Assembly (NCBI GenBank): GCA_964247055.1
Contig: OZ176056.1
Span: 1,054,001-1,118,000 of the forward strand
Direction: 5' to 3'
From: Paragordius varius
Taxonomy: Eukaryota; Animalia; Nematomorpha
DNA length: 64,000 nucleotides
The notes beneath the pieces are model-generated. The model saw nothing but the letters and a program-made list of their open reading frames with translations. It did no database searches and was not told the DNA's origin. This document shows, one piece after another, positions 22,363 through 33,952 of the stretch. A program made the translations under genes and the position numbers. Each line of letters opens with the position of its first letter. Position 1 is the first letter of the stretch.

Positions 22363-25300
22363 TTGAAAAAAATTTCTATTAATATTATTTTCCCTTATTA
22401 ATTAAAATTTTATTGAAAAAATATTTTTTATATACAGGTGTATGAAAGCACATGTGCTGACTCCGCAGTTTCTACTATTCGACAAGCTTTTAAAGATATT
22501 GATTACAACCTATGTGGTATAGGTAATTATCTATAAATATTGAAAAAAGGGCTAAAATATATTTTTCAATTTTTGGTGTTTTTTTAAAACATAAATGATA
22601 ACAGGTGTAAAATATATTAATTTTGAAAATTTCAATAATTTACAGTAAAAAATAAAAATAATAAGGAAAAAACATAAAGTCAAAGGCTTTTATTTTTTAA
22701 ATATAAATAATCATGTCTTCTTTTTTTCATTTAATATATATGATTACGAATGTTAAAATGTGACCAATAAAAAATATATATGAGAATTAAATACAAAACA
22801 TTATTTGTAAAAAAGTTATATTTAACAAATAAAGAATACCATACATATATAATTTTTGTTACTTTTTTTAGTATAATTTTTAATTTTATTTTTAGATAAC
22901 CATATACTACTCAATAAAGACTACGTTAACATTAAAACTACAAATCAAATACCTAAAAGTTTAAGCTCTCAACTCAAATTATGTAACGATGAATTAAATT
23001 GTTTCCAGGATTACGTTCAATTATTTAGTTGGATTCGGAATGCTTTCACTACGCTTTCTATGATGAATTATCCATACGCTACTGCTTTTTTAACCCAATT
23101 ACCTGCCTACCCTGTTAAAGTATGTTTTTTTTGGTTTTTTTAGTTTAATTAATTTTTTGGAAAATCCCATTTGCACTTTAAGAGTGTCTTTTAACAATTA
23201 AAGTTGGTCCTTTGAGCATTATTTAATCAATATAAATCATGTTTCTTATCATTTTTAACTTCTTTTAAAATAATTTCAACTTTTTTTCATATAAAAAGCG
23301 TTCTTTTTTGTTTTTAAATTTTTTTATATTTAACGCAAAGTGAATTATGATTTGAAATTCGTTTATAAAATTAAGTATCATTGAATTGGAAAAAGATATT
23401 CTGATGTTTTAAAACAGAAAATGTTAATTTTAATCACCATTTTAAATTGCATAATCCTTGTATTATTAATTTACATCTCTCATGCTTTTCAGTTTATAAC
23501 AATGAGTTATATTGAAATCAAGTTAAAAAGTTAAAAGCGCTTAAAAAAGTTTTATTTTTACGTTTCGTCTGTATAATTTTCATTTTTAAACTTTATCATT
23601 TTTGACCTAATCTGTAATTTTTGGTTTATTAAAAAAGTATTGATAATATAAATTACAGTTTAAAATTAACGTTAAAAAGAGAAATATTTTATGAGCTATG
23701 TCGTTTCAAAATAACCGAAATATCTTGTAAAAGTATTACTTTTTCGGGGTTTTTACTTTGAAATTTGTTTAATTTTGGTTTTATCAGTTTTTCATAATAA
23801 TAATTTCTATAGAAGATTTAATAGAAGGTATATACAAACTTGAAATTATAAATAATTTTTGTTAAAAACAACCATACTCTTTTAAAACCATATATATATA
23901 TATATATACTATGTTTTAAACTGGTAACCAATTTAATTATATATTTTATACTATATAAGTTACGTAGTTAAAGTTTTAAAAAGTATGGCTGTCTTTCGAA
24001 AAAAATGTATTTGCCTTTTATTTTTTATGCCTTGTCTGTATATATCCGATATTTATTGTATACAGGTATCATGTGAACTGATGGAAAAAGCGAAAACACC
24101 CATTGAAGGCATAAGTCAAATCTTAGGTTGCTATTATACATATTTGCCAATATAACTGTAAAAATTATAAAAATAAAATAAAAGACTAATTTATTTAAAT
24201 ATATTTTTTGAACCCTTAATTTTATTTTATAACCTTAAGTTACGGTTTAAAAAATTAAGAATAGAGATGTAAATTGATGACATTTCAAATTTAATCATTC
24301 AATTATATTGGTAAAATTAGCTATAAATATGGTTTTTTTCATAAAATTTGTCTTCTTACTTTATACCATGAAGAATTCATACTTTAAAAAAAACAATAAA
24401 ACTTTTTATCTTAGGAATAGAAATGTAAATTAATAAAACCCCACGCTATTTTATATTTTAAAATTGTAATAGTCTTTACGGGTAAAAGAACTTATAAAGT
24501 TTATCTTATACATTTCAACACTATTTTTTACTGTTTTTAAGGTTTTATAACTCTTTCATAAATCAAAAAAGATTGGGTTTCGATATTAAAATAAATTTTA
24601 TTTTTCCATTACAGATTTAGTGTATAACGGTACAGGGAAAAAGTTATGCTATGATTTATACAAAGAATATGTTATCTGTTCAGATCCAACTGGCTGTGGT
24701 TTAGGGAACGAGGGCATAGCTTGGGACTATCAAGTTTTTTTTTTTTCATTTAAATAAAGCCAAATGTAATTCCATTTTTTTTAAAATATACCATCTACAA
24801 GTTTAATTTACTCTTTAACAATTCAAAATTTCCCTTGAATTCGAATTCAACCCTAAAATGAAATTATGTGTTACTAATATAACTCTCTTAATATGAAATG
24901 TATTTATGACATAGTTTATTATTTTTTCAATATTACTTTAATTTTAAACAAAATGTCATTTTCTAAAGATATAAAAAAATATAGTTTAATTGTAAATGAT
25001 ATATCAAAAAAATACTATAAAAAAATAGGTATTTCATGAACTGTAAACGAATTTTTTTATATTTAATATATGGATATTTTTATTAATATATTTTGTATCT
25101 CGTTAGTTTGTATATAATATAAATTGCCCCAAATTATTAATATTTTAAGTTCTCAAAATTGACATATTATTTCTCCAACATACTATTGTCTGCAATTATG
25201 AAATACATAATTTTTTAACATACTTCTTATGGAGAAAGAAACATTATAATAATGTTCACATGAAAGCCGTAGACTTTACATAATTTACTAAGATTTATAT

Positions 25301-27111
25301 TTTTAGAAGATATGTTAAAATTAAAAGATAATTTCACAAGCATACTAAATCTTGATTTTTTTTAAACTATAAAATTACATAAATTATATAACTGAGTTTT
25401 TTATCAATGTTCATCTTTAACCCCTATTTTGTCACCCAAAACGATGGAATATAAAAAATCACATTAATATATAATTGTTGTTTTATAATTTAATTTTTAT
25501 TCTAAAAGAAAATTTTTCTCTTTATAAAAAATTTAATTTAGGGTTGTGCCGATTTTATACTTCCTGGCGGAACTGATGGGAAAAATGATATGTTTATAAA
25601 TTTGCCTTACTCTTTAAACGATCGTGATAAGTATTGCAGAAAACATTGGAATATTCAACCACATAATGAAGCGTACGATTTTTTACAGATTAAATTATTA
25701 ACTTTGTAAAAATATAATAATATTGGCAAAATATGTAATTAATTATAAACTTATCTCATTAAGGAATTTTTAATTTAATTTATGAAAGATAACTTTGTCA
25801 AAGACTTTAAAGTCAAAATCAAATTTTATTTTAAATAAACTTATTTTATTAATATATTTTTAAACATATATATTTTTAGACTAAAAATTTTGTTTGGTGG
25901 CGATAATTTTAACAACACGTCAAACATTATATTTGTTAATGGAGATTTGGATCCTTGGATGCCTGGCGGGGTAATTAGATATTTTTTATGATATTAAAAT
26001 TGTCATTAAATCTTATGTAAAACAAATTATAAAAAAAAGTAAAATCCTAAATATTGATTCTTAATTTTATTATAACCTATAAAATGAAATTTTGAAATAG
26101 AGTGTATTACCAATTATTTTTATGTCAATTCCTTATTTTGCAACCTAATAAGTTATATCTAAGAATTAAAAGATTGAAACAATGGGTTTGTCTCTATAAA
26201 GACAAATATTTTTTTCTAAAAGACAATACTTAATTAATCAAAATTTTTTTAAAATATAACTCATTGTTTAAAATGTAAAATAAAGAAATATAACAACACA
26301 ATTAATTATATATTTTTAAATTATAATAAATATTTAATATGGAAAAAATAAGGTTTAGTATGGTTGTTTTTTAATAAAACAATTGTCCTTATATTTTTAC
26401 GTTTTATCCATATTATTTCAATTTTTACTTTAAAATAATCTTTTAGTTTTTACCTGTTATTTGTATTACTTCCATTTTGTACTTATAACATTGCGAGGGT
26501 TACCAATGCATATCTAAATTTTTTATTTTACAGCCCAAAACGATATACTTCAAAAAATGAAGATTTGATTTTTTTTAAGAAATATACAGGCAAAACATAA
26601 AGACAAATATTTTTTAAAAAACATAGTTAAACACTAATTTATCCCATATATATTATTTTATTATAGTTGTAAACCATATCATTATTCATTGTGTTAACAA
26701 AATATATTTCTATTTCATATCTTAAATTTAGAATAATATTAAGTTATATTTTAAAATCAGGTGTTATCAAGCAGAGCGAGCGATTTTTTTGAAATTTTTG
26801 TCTTTATATTTTAACGTTTTGTCCCTATAATTTCAATTTATACTGTGCTAGCGAGCGATTTTATTGAAATTTTTGTCTTTTTATTTTATCGTTTTGTCCT
26901 TGTAATTTCAATTTATATCCTCTACTATTAAAAGGTTTTACGTAATGTAAGTTCTACCATAAAGTCATACATGGTACAAGGGGGAGCTCACCATTTAGAT
27001 CTCAGAGCTTCAAACTCAGCTGATCCGCCTTCAGTTAAAATTGTGCGCCAAGCCATACTCAACGATATCCAACAATGGATAGCTACACATTATGCCAATT
27101 TATATATATAA
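20238..27111 (+). CDS. DPP7: Dipeptidyl peptidase 2 / DPP7 (peptidase S28), 496 aa, 11 exons: 20238-20394, 20422-20561, 20888-21057, 21769-21904, 22438-22522, 22896-23119, 24066-24126, 24615-24733, 25542-25672, 25880-25970, 26935-27111
   Basis: Signal peptide, [22 protein letters not shown], and an intact triad ([20 protein letters not shown]). [14 protein letters not shown] and CSDPTGCG favour DPP7 over PRCP. Confidence 0.92.
21200..21485. mobile_element. Tc1-type MITE family 1 (intronic copy)
   Basis: TA|CAGTAAAAATTGAAATTATACTGACAAAACG left TIR with a degraded right TIR. Confidence 0.8.
22640..26920. mobile_element. Cluster of degraded family-1 MITE copies in DPP7 introns (~22640-22885, 23300-23590, 23820-24060, 24150-24535, 26160-26430, 26580-26920)
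   Basis: TIR motifs recur (CAGTAAAAA, AAAGACAAATATT, CAACCATACT, GTATGGTTGTCTTT, TTTACTG). A ~73-bp tandem duplication of a right TIR lies at 26775-26920. The span also includes the DPP7 exons. Confidence 0.65.
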
Positions 27112-28806
27112 ATTAAATATTTATTTTTTATTTATCCATCCTAGTAGTAAGAAATATCAAATATAGATTTTAATTTATATTGCACAATATATGATCATGC
27201 TCGCTTATTTAATTAAAATCAATAAATTAATATATTTAGAATATTTATGGGCAATTAATTAATTGCTCGGACTATTTAAACCTTTATTTCAGCATTCATA
27301 TGTATGAGAAGCATAAAAATCCCCTTTTTGCAAATTAAAACTAAAATATTATTGACATTAATTAATTATTTTTCCAAAGATATTAAACAAATCACGTTCT
27401 TTTATCACAAATGCATCCAAAACAAACAAAATATTTAAATATTGATTTATCCATAAAATGCTGATTGGCAATGTATATTCATAAAATTTTCTGCTATCGG
27501 TGTTATGGAGGATAAGTGATGTACATACCCAATAATCTTTTACTATTGGTAATTTTATATGGGGTTAGGACAGTCAGAAAGGGCATCTCTTCCACTGAGA
27601 GATTTTGGAAAGGTTATTATATGTTGAATCGTTTGAAAGCGTCTTACTAGCGCCACAATTCGGCCACATGTAGACACCCGGCTGACAATATCTCCAGGAA
27701 GTAATCAAGATTATTTTTCCGACTTTTTTGTGAAGTAGCTCATTATCACCACATAAGATTATAAAAACACTACTTAGTTCAATCCTATTATGGATCCGAA
27801 CCTAATCACCTCCATTAGCAACGCCACTCACAACAAATAATGTTAAGCCCGTAGCGCTATTTTATATTGTTAAAATAATTTGTATAATACGTCTAAAAGG
27901 CTAAAGATATATTTGATTTCAGCTTATCTTAAATAGTTATAAAGATATTTTTTTACTTGGATTTAACACATTCATTTTAGTCCTTGGATTCAAATTGGGG
28001 TAGTTGGATACTCCAGGCCTCTTTATAAAATATGGAATGAGCCGAAACCATGGCAAAATTTTGCACTTATATCGAATTAATAAACCGAAATATATAAAAA
28101 TCTTTATTCAAAAACACTTGATATTACTTATTTTAAGCTAAAACCGAATAGTAAAAATTTAGTCAACGTGACATGTCTGCAATGGTAAAATTGAAAAATA
28201 ATACAAAAATAACCGTTCTATTTCTATCAATGTTATATGTAATTTAAATAAGAAACTAGCCTTAATTTTGCCCTTAAAATTAAATGCAGATTATATTGTG
28301 CCAAATTTTTGTAAAATAAAAATGGCGTCGAAGAAGTTTGACATGGAACTTTTTTTTTCAAAACAAAATTTTATTTAGATATTTTGGCATATTTATGTAA
28401 TTTTTTAGGATAGAAGCATAAATTTGAATTCGGACCGTTTACTTCAGTAGTTTTTTAAAATCCTAACTCAAATTTAGTCTGGGGTATTTAGATACCCCAA
28501 TTTAAATTAAAGTGTTACGTCTGGGATATAAAACTACCCCATAGGTAATGGAGTGTTTAAGAAAATTGCTTACCCCAAGAGGCAGGCGATTATCGTCTTT
28601 TTAAATCGTTTTGCTACAGTTTTTTAAAATATTATTCACAAAATATCCTAAAAATACATCAATTCATATCAGATATTTTGCTATAAATTTATGTTAATAC
28701 TTTTTTTTCTATTTTATTCTACCCTCATAACATTATTTTTATATCCAGTTATCTAATATTATAACATATTTATTGTACATTCGCCGGTGCGGCAATATTT
28801 AAATTT

Positions 28807-30072
28807 ATGAAAGTTACTGATATACCATATCCAAATTCTTTTTTCTATTCTTGCATAAGCAAATGGCATAAAGAAGCTCAGGCAGCCAATTCTAAAATAC
28901 ATATTACTTTGTATAAAGCTTTGAAATCTTTAAAAAAATATCCGATTCCATTAAAGGATGCAAATGAAGCCTCGATATTGGAAGGCATTGGGCCTAATTT
29001 GTGTAAGATGTTGCAATGTGAGATAGATAATAATAATAATAATGAAAACGAAGATAATAAAATAAGTGACTTAAATTACAAACCTCGGTCAAATGATATT
29101 CCCGAAATTATGTGGGGCACATCAAATGAATCGTATCAGATTACACCAAACAAGGTGAAGGATTTAAAATTAAAACTTTTGCCTAGTATGCAGATTGTAC
29201 TATATATTGATACAAGAGAACATAATTCAAAAATGAAGCGGTACATCAAGGACATTCTTATCAAAAAGAAGATACCATTTGAACTTAAGATGTTGCCTAT
29301 TGGAGATTTTTTATGGGTACTTAAACTTAATAAGGATAATTCATTTAGCGTAGATAGCGGTGATATTCAAAATGTTTCGGAAACCTTTGTTTTACCATAC
29401 ATTATTGAACGTAAAACTTTGCATGATTTAGCATCTAGCATTAAGGATGGACGCTTTAAAAATCAAAAATTTCGTTTAGAAAAATTAAAAACTGAATATA
29501 ATATGTGTCCAACGCTCCTGATAGAACATTCTAACGGTTACCCTGGTCTTAATCCAGACACTCTCATTCAAGCCATTTACAATGCCATGATTGTTCATGA
29601 ATTTTACATTCTACGATCCGATAATATGAAACATTCTATCAAGTTGTTATTATTGCTCCACACACAAATCCATAAAAAATTTGCTGAAATCGGCGCTCAT
29701 TTGCAACTTAATCAAAACACTTTTTTCACCAAGGAAGAAATATTAGAGAGCAAAGAATTGAATTCATATTGTAAAATTACTTATGAATTTTTCTCCGCCA
29801 ATTTTGGAAAGCAAGATATTACGATTAAAGACGCTTTTGTACGTCAACTCATGTCTTTCCCTGGCTTAGCAAGCGCAAAAGTTGAAAAAATTATCGAACG
29901 TTTTCCAACTTTTGCGCATATAAGGCAAGGATATAAGGCGTGTGTAACGAGAGAAGATAGGGACTCTTTGATATCACGCATTCTTAGTAAAGATCAAAAT
30001 AAATTAGCATATCGGACCTTGAGCAAAATGATGGCATTTTTTTATACAGACACTGATGATGAAAGCCATTGA
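28807..30072 (+). CDS. MUS81: Crossover junction endonuclease MUS81, 421 aa, single exon
   Basis: N-terminal HhH (YKALKSLKKYP...LEGIGPNLCKML), ERCC4 nuclease motifs IDTRE, LPIGDFLWV, IIERKTLHDLASSIKDGRFKNQKFRL, and a C-terminal HhH (FVRQLMSFPGLAS...FPT). Confidence 0.96.
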   Translation: MKVTDIPYPNSFFYSCISKWHKEAQAANSKIHITLYKALKSLKKYPIPLKDANEASILEGIGPNLCKMLQCEIDNNNNNENEDNKISDLNYKPRSNDIPEIMWGTSNESYQITPNKVKDLKLKLLPSMQIVLYIDTREHNSKMKRYIKDILIKKKIPFELKMLPIGDFLWVLKLNKDNSFSVDSGDIQNVSETFVLPYIIERKTLHDLASSIKDGRFKNQKFRLEKLKTEYNMCPTLLIEHSNGYPGLNPDTLIQAIYNAMIVHEFYILRSDNMKHSIKLLLLLHTQIHKKFAEIGAHLQLNQNTFFTKEEILESKELNSYCKITYEFFSANFGKQDITIKDAFVRQLMSFPGLASAKVEKIIERFPTFAHIRQGYKACVTREDRDSLISRILSKDQNKLAYRTLSKMMAFFYTDTDDESH

Positions 30073-30654
30073 AATTTCCATTATATGTTCTTCCAACCAA
30101 TGCAATCTGAATTATATCAAATTATTAGCTTTTATTGTTAAAGATTTTTACCATGTCAAATAATATTATATGCTTAGATGCAATATTTTTGACTTCTTTA
30201 TATGTATTTTATGCGGGTAACCTCGTCCTAAGTTGTGACCAATGAATTTTGGTATTTAAGAATTGGTAATTGAGAGTAATAACTGGGAATAAATAAAGTG
30301 CTTTAAGCAGCTCTTCATATTCTGCCTATTTCGTTCGATGATGCACATGCATGATTCATAATTCTAGGTTTTCTATTTTACAGTTTAGGCAATATTTAAG
30401 AAGCCTTGACAAGTAGAGCGTTGGTACCAAAATTACTTGGCTGTATAATGAAAAATAAACTCGGTCTTATTATACCGGATGCTTAGTCAAATATTTGTTT
30501 CCGATAATCATTATATTTATTTCTATATACAGTAAATAGTCAAAATCAATATAAAATAATTTAAAATACTGAGGATATAATATTATTGAGTGTAATTTGT
30601 GCTTATGGAGTGGGCATATATGGCTTACACAAATGGATTGGAGCCTGCGAAGCT

Positions 30655-32920
30655 GTCATTTGAAAAAATGGACAAAAATGTAATCCATTTATGTGGATTA
30701 TTTCGAAACATTAATTAATAGTTATGATTTTATAGGATTTTTAAAACGGTTTCATAGAGTTTTCAAAACTGTGCATTACTAATATATTGTTTACTGGTGT
30801 AAAGGTTCCAAATTGACGGCTAACGGGAAAAACCACTATACTATAGTTTTTACCTTTTTATCGGTATTAGTTAAAGCCTTTATTGAACTCTCATGACTTC
30901 TAACGTTTGAAAATTAGCTCCAAAACCACGCCATTTGTCTCAGTTTTAAACCGGTTGACCCCTACCCATTGACCTATATGGAAAAGCGCTGAGTTAAATT
31001 CTTTGCCTTTATAGGGAAAATATATGGAGTCATCTTTGATATCGTCTCATGGGTCATTAGAAAACCCTAAATAATCGTTATATGATGGCGTTTTTTTAGG
31101 GCATAAAGGCCCCAAATTAGGTCTAATAAAAAACACCTAACCTTAACTTTTACCTAGTTACGGGTAATGTTTTAAGCATTTAATGTGCTCATAGGGCTTC
31201 ATAAATTTCCTGTAAATTAGCTCCAAAACAACGGAATTCCTATGTAGTGGTGCAGTTTTTGGGGATTAGCTTCTTACCCAGGGACAGGTAGAAATAAAGC
31301 GTTTAAAATTTTTGCCTTTAGATGGGGAATATTTGAAATGGATTCAATATGTTCCTTTAAGTTCTTGGAAATATTTAAAACAATATTGCTCTATGGCAGC
31401 GCTTTCAGGGCATAAACTTTACTTAGCCACTCATTATAACCCCCTATACTAAAATATTTGTTTTTTAAAAGAGATTATATATTTTAGACTCTTGTTTAAC
31501 TCACAGAATCTCATAGGTTTTCTGTAATTGCAAAGGCATGCTGTATCTATATGGTGACGCAGTTTAACGCGGGTAGCCCCCTAACCAGCGCCGATTAACG
31601 CTTGATTAAAATTTTTGCCTAAATTTGGGTCATACCTGGAATCTTGATTTATGGCATGTGCTCAATTGGGATTTTCGGAAAATTGCAAAACCAGTTATTC
31701 TATGGTTGCTCATTTTGCAGGGCAAGGACCTAATTAATAGGTAATTAAATACATCCGCTCTACTTAAATTTTTTCCTTTTTACCGGTAATATTTCAAGCC
31801 TTTATTGTACTGATATGGCCAAATAAGTTTTTTAAAATTTGTCTCCAAAGCACGCTGTATCGATATAGTGGCACAATTGTAGGCAGGTGGCTCTCTACCT
31901 AAAGGCCAATATAAAAAAGACGTTCGATAATATTTTTTGCCTTTATAAGGGAATACCTAGAATCATCATTTATTCCATATGTTCCTAATAGTTTTTGGAA
32001 AAATGGCTTTAAAACTAAATACTAGTTTAATGATAGCGCATCTTTTAAAGTGGGGGCCTAACTAACGGCTAATTTAAAAAACCACTCGACTTAAATCTAG
32101 GCGGATAGCTCCCAGCCAGAGGCTGACACAAAAAAAGCGCTTGAAAATTTTTGTCTTTTTACGTCCTGGGACCATCATTGATTTCATATGCTCTCATTAG
32201 TTTTAAGAAATTGCCTCAAAATTCAAAAATCATTCTGGTAGCGCATTTATTAGGGCTAAACGGCCTAATTAAGGGCTAATTTTAACAACCCCACTACTTA
32301 AAGTTTTGCCTTGTTACGGGTAATAATTTAAGCACCTATTAAATTCATATGGCCTGATAGGTTTTCTGAAATTTAGCCCCAAGGACAAGCGATTTCGATA
32401 TGACAGGGCAGTTTCTAGCGAGTATCTACTTACCCAGCAGCCAAAATAAAAAAACGGCCGACTAAAATTTTTGCCATTTAACAGGTACCTAGAATCCTCA
32501 TTCAATCTTTACGGTCTCATACCTTGCGCGAAAAATAGATTCAATTATTTTTGTGGACTTGATTTTTTGAAAAAAATGGCATTTTGCGGGGTGAGCGGGT
32601 AAAAACAGGGCCTAAATTAAAAAAGCAATCCAAGTATGTTCGGCGCAACCGTAAAAAAGCCAAAAAATATCATATTTGAAATTGAATGGTCCAACATGTT
32701 TTCCGGAAAATTGTCTCAAAGATACGATCTTGTGGACTTGCGTTTTCAAAAAAACCGTTTTTTACACAGGCTGGGCCCGAACTGGGGGCCTAATTAAAAA
32801 AAGGGCGAAGCTATTGTCGGAGCATTCGTTATGAATATATTTTTTCGATTGGATTTAAGTGGGTCTACTGGTTAGGAAAGATCACAAAGCCAGCATTTTT
32901 CATTTTTATAAATATATAGA
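30655..32920 (-). mobile_element. Helitron-like or foldback-arm element, copy C (solo), with about six ~310-bp subrepeats
   Basis: Colinear homology to 1234-2903 along its length. The - strand start is A|TCTATATATTTATAAAAATG (32920). No CTAG 3' end was found. Confidence 0.7.
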
Positions 32921-33952
32921 TTAGCAATAGTTTCTCACTCCAAAAATCCAGAACCTAATCACAGTTAACAAACATAATCGGTTTCCAAAAAAAATTAAAT
33001 CTGGATATATTAACTATAAGTTTTAATTGCTTGTGTGATTGGTTACAATATATATGGCACAAATGGATTGACCCTTTAAAAATTGTATAAATATGGTCTT
33101 CTATTAAAATACTACCGTTAAAATAAAACATCTTAAAATAGAAACTTTTCTGCGGCGAAAATTGCTAAAAAATATGAAAGATGCAATGTATATATGAGAT
33201 CTGAAGGAGGATTTCAAAATCAACTTTTTAAATCAAATTAATAAAGAAGATATTTATCTTTTTTAATTCCAAGAATATAAAATAATATAAAATATTTTTA
33301 GCCAATATTTGTTTAAGCTTAAACATAAAATTTTGTCATCAACCACGTTTTATATTACAAATTGGTCGGTGGACTTGCGAAGAACACATTTAGAATGTAA
33401 AAATTTATGACTAGAATTTGCAAGAGAAGCAAAAAAGTGAGAGTTTCCTTATATATGTTGGTTGTTGCTTTCTAAATAATTAGGTGTTACTCATAAAGCA
33501 TGTAGCAAAATATACGAAATGAAACGTGAAAAAATTGTGTCAATTGGTCTAATTTGAAAGGAATTATATGCTTTTTCCTAAATTTAAATGAAAATAAAAA
33601 ATAATTGTTAAAATTTTAATTTAAACTTTATTCATCATACATTGCTAAGCCAGTTTAATGACACTTAAATTTGGATTTCAACAAAAATAATCTCCGCTTT
33701 TACTAAATTTAAACAAAATTTGCAGATCCTTTCCTTTATCCATCTTTCGTCGGCTATTTTAAATTTTCTTTTAGTTAACGCCGCTATTTTTAGGCCTAAT
33801 TACAGTTAAATAGTTCCATTCCAAATGCACCACAATTTAATTTATATCCCGGGGAAAAGGATTTTGTTCGTTTTGACTCATTTATTGCGTTAATTTTAAA
33901 AAACGTGTCCCGAAAGAATAGTTAATATTTCTTTTTAATATCAAAAACTAAA

